DNA of 64,000 nucleotides from Phyllosticta citribraziliensis (Eukaryota): NCBI RefSeq assembly GCF_038025025.1, contig NW_027117345.1, positions 310,001 to 374,000 of the forward strand, read 5' to 3'. Shown piece by piece: positions 61,532 to 64,000 of this stretch (position 1 is its first letter; each line of letters starts with the position of its first letter). The notes under the pieces were generated by a model. It saw only the letters and a program-made list of their open reading frames with translations, ran no database searches and was not told where the DNA came from. The position numbers and the translations under genes were made by a program.

Positions 61532-61660
61532 GAGAAAAGGCACGCGCACCGCACATCGCACATCGCAAAGCGTAGTGTCATTAGCTCTGCATACACGTCG
61601 AGAGTTTCGCCACACGTAGGAATGGTTTATTCCAACTGTACCATCCATCCATCCATCCAC
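59535..61660. repeat. Microsatellite-dense intergenic region
   Basis: (CA)n at about 59540, (TGGCAT)n at about 60008, (GGCA)n at about 60250 and 60730, (CT)n at about 60595 and 60965, (GA)n at about 61500, several (CATC)n. Confidence 0.85.
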
Positions 61661-62150
61661 GTACCTATCCTTTTAGACCCGTGTCTACATCACGTCCTGA
61701 AAAAACGGAGATCAAGGCGCGCGCGCAAGGTTTCGCAAAGTGTCTATTGCTTTCGACGCGCGGCCTTGTCCGGTCAAGCGCGTTTCGACCATTTGCCATG
61801 CGGTTCGCGCGCGACTTGACTTGCCCGTTTCCTGGTGTTTGAGCGCGAGTTGTCGTGAAGTGTCTGTCTGTCGATGGATGCTGCTTCAGGCACAGAGCTC
61901 CGCCATCACTTTCATGACATCAAAATGGAAAGATGGAGGGAGGAGGCGTGGCAGTTCGGGGGGGGGGGGAGGGGGAGGGGGTTTGGTTTGGGTGCCGATA
62001 TATGGCGGCCAAAGAGACATCCAGGGCACGCGTTCTCTGCTGATTATGGAGGTACCTCCCCACATATACCTCACCCCTACTCCACCTATCGGCGCGCCTC
62101 CGCGATTCCGTGACAGTTCCCGCAGGTACGGTAGGTGCAAACAAAACGGT

Positions 62151-62750
62151 CTATCCCCGCCTCGGCCCAACTCTCGCGCGGGCATACGCCTTCAACTTCC
62201 TCAAAATGCGCACCAGCGCATCAAAGTGCATCTGAATCGAGCTGTCAACCCAGTACAGAAGCGTCTCGGTGTAGAGAACGCCGACGCGATCGGGGTGCAG
62301 GATGGCATTGCTGAACCACGGCGCAAGGCCGACCTCGTCGCACGCCTCCCTGTCCGAGCAGCGGCGCAAGGCGCGGCGGCGCTCGAGTTGGCCGGTGGAG
62401 CCGAAGGCGAAGTCGAGGATGCTGCCTGGGTTGTTTGCGGCGTCCGGGGGGCGCGAGGTCCAGCCGCCATGGATGAAGCGCGCGGCAGGGGCGGTGAAGC
62501 CGATGAATTCGAGCGCTTCGGCGCTGTCGAGGGTGGTCGGGACGATGAGTTTGCCGTCGACTCTGTTGGCGCGGACGGGCTGGATTGCGGTGCCGGTTGG
62601 TCTGCCGGAGGCGGCGCGTGCTGCTGGGATGGACGTTCTGGCGAGGAATTCCGCGCGGATTTTGTGCTTTCCGGGCTCCCAGTGGGGGAGGAGGACGCCG
62701 TCTCTCTCCAGCACGTTGCGTTCTTCTGCGCTAAGTGTTGTATCTTCCAT
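62151..62750 (-). CDS. N-terminal-domain-only (truncated) paralog of the 40085-41638 gene; may be a pseudogene
   Basis: Aligns by eye over about 190 aa, including the identical LDSAEALEFIG and shared W.SRP, TGQL, SD..ACD, AILH and RIL..LK. Ends at TAG 62153-62151. Confidence 0.7.
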   Translation of the reverse strand: MEDTTLSAEERNVLERDGVLLPHWEPGKHKIRAEFLARTSIPAARAASGRPTGTAIQPVRANRVDGKLIVPTTLDSAEALEFIGFTAPAARFIHGGWTSRPPDAANNPGSILDFAFGSTGQLERRRALRRCSDREACDEVGLAPWFSNAILHPDRVGVLYTETLLYWVDSSIQMHFDALVRILRKLKAYARARVGPRRG

Positions 62751-63321
62751 CTTCAATAAAGTCTGCTTGAGAAGAAGCTCTGGGTCTGGGACAGTTTGGT
62801 GTAAGAGTAGGAGATGGAGACTAGTAGAACTCTGGAAAAATAAAGCCTAGAGCAGGATAGTGGACTCTTTTAAATAAAAGGAGTGTCTATTGGTAAGCTT
62901 CTAAGTGACTCACTATTCCCCAACAAGAGATGTTGAGCTCTTTCGTATCGTCTATCGGGTCCGTAACGTGGATCTATCTTTTTAACCTATCTATCTGGTA
63001 TCCCTTGATTCTTGCTAGTGAGTAGTCCCTCCCTCAATACGTGCATACGTACTTTAGGATGGGACAAATACAGCGGCATCTCGTGGTTCCTTTTTATAGC
63101 AATGGCTTGAGGAGGTATTCTTAGGTTGAGCGCTTCGTGCGGCCCTACTTTGGCGCGCCTTTTCTTTTGTCGTTTTTGATGGTCCTTTCGTATTATGGAA
63201 GCAAGGATGCAAGTAAGGCTGCGCCGTCAACGCTGTCCCGGTTGGCTCGCTACCCGGAAGTCTTCAAGTCCCCCTGTCCTCGCTATTGGTACACGTTGCG
63301 TGGGCCCCGTCCGCTACGTGA

Positions 63322-64000
63322 TCACTTTTTCCGCGCGACCCACAGCGACGGCCGGTACACGCTGCGCAGCATGCTGCGCGGGTTGGAAATGTAGCCCGTC
63401 TCGACGGCGCCGACCTCGTGCCGCTCAACGATGAAGCCGAGCGCCGAGACCAGAGCGATGACTTCGGCGTCGGCCAGCTCGACGGAGCCGCTTTCGCCGA
63501 TGCCTTGGTGTTCGGCCGCTGTTGTTGAGGCGGGGTGGGAGTGCGAGTGGCTGTGCTGGTGGGACTCTCCCCCTGAGGCGGCGGCCCCCTGATGGTCGTG
63601 AGTGTGCCCCTGGCTCGGCTCGCCGTCGACGTCGTTTTTCGATTCACGCTTGCTTCCCGGCGGGTCGTTTTCAAAATGCCACAGCAGCGGGCCCAGGTTG
63701 ATCCACACGCCGCCGGGCTTCAAACAGTTGCGTATCGCCTCAATGTAGTTGATCAGGTTGGGCGCCGTGTCGATGAAGAAGACGGTCGCCACGGCGTCGA
63801 ACGCCTCGCGCTGCTCCTCGTCGCGGTACAAGACGCAAAAGTCGGCCGCCGTCATGCCGATGCGCTCGAACGCGTGCACCTCCTTGTCCGCGCTGCTCTC
63901 GGCCAGCGCCGTCCCCGGATGGATGTCCGGCACGCGCACACAGGCCAGTTGGTCCGCCCGCGCAACGTGGTTACTGAAGCCCAGCGCCCACGGGTAGATG
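63322..64000 (-). CDS. Carnosine N-methyltransferase (N2227 family), 3' part; 5' end beyond window
   Basis: IYPWALGFSNH, MTAADFCVLY, FDAVATVFFIDTAPNLINYI, LKPGGVWINLGPLLWHF, SVELADAEV, GYISNPRSML. Confidence 0.9.
   Translation of the reverse strand, partial: IYPWALGFSNHVARADQLACVRVPDIHPGTALAESSADKEVHAFERIGMTAADFCVLYRDEEQREAFDAVATVFFIDTAPNLINYIEAIRNCLKPGGVWINLGPLLWHFENDPPGSKRESKNDVDGEPSQGHTHDHQGAAASGGESHQHSHSHSHPASTTAAEHQGIGESGSVELADAEVIALVSALGFIVERHEVGAVETGYISNPRSMLRSVYRPSLWVARKK

Noticed and set aside
62151..62153. Stop codon corrected by A-to-I editing (TAG to TGG)
   Set aside because: The paralog has no Trp at this position, and read-through still ends at 61920 without restoring the C-terminal domain.

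Overview
This is intron-containing, GC-rich genomic DNA from a filamentous ascomycete, probably a Dothideomycete (inferred from gene content, intron signals and microsatellite-rich intergenic DNA). About 24 genes can be read. The left end (1-7.5 kb) holds a compact putative aromatic-catabolism cluster: kynurenine formamidase, a Zn2Cys6 regulator, 2,3-dihydroxybenzoate decarboxylase and a salicylate-hydroxylase-type flavoprotein. Conserved genes follow: CAP59-type mannosyltransferase, FMP52, an OPT transporter, a fructosyl-amine-oxidase-like enzyme, phospholipase B, a histidine phosphatase, DPH2, type-2 asparaginase, an AA11-like LPMO, Con-6, LHS1, sideroflexin, a PLP aminotransferase, a GH55 glucanase and carnosine N-methyltransferase. 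The most unusual part is 27.2-42.1 kb. Three separate arrays share a 9-bp core GGAGCRTTC at 33-39 bp spacing but have different spacers. They lie around two paralogous small Myb-like/AT-hook DNA-binding genes and inside an intron of a gene whose C-terminal half resembles the DUF3990/ADP-ribosyltransferase-like fold. A paralog encoding only the N-terminal domain of that gene lies at 62.2-62.75 kb. All family calls come from motif recognition by eye, with no database searches.
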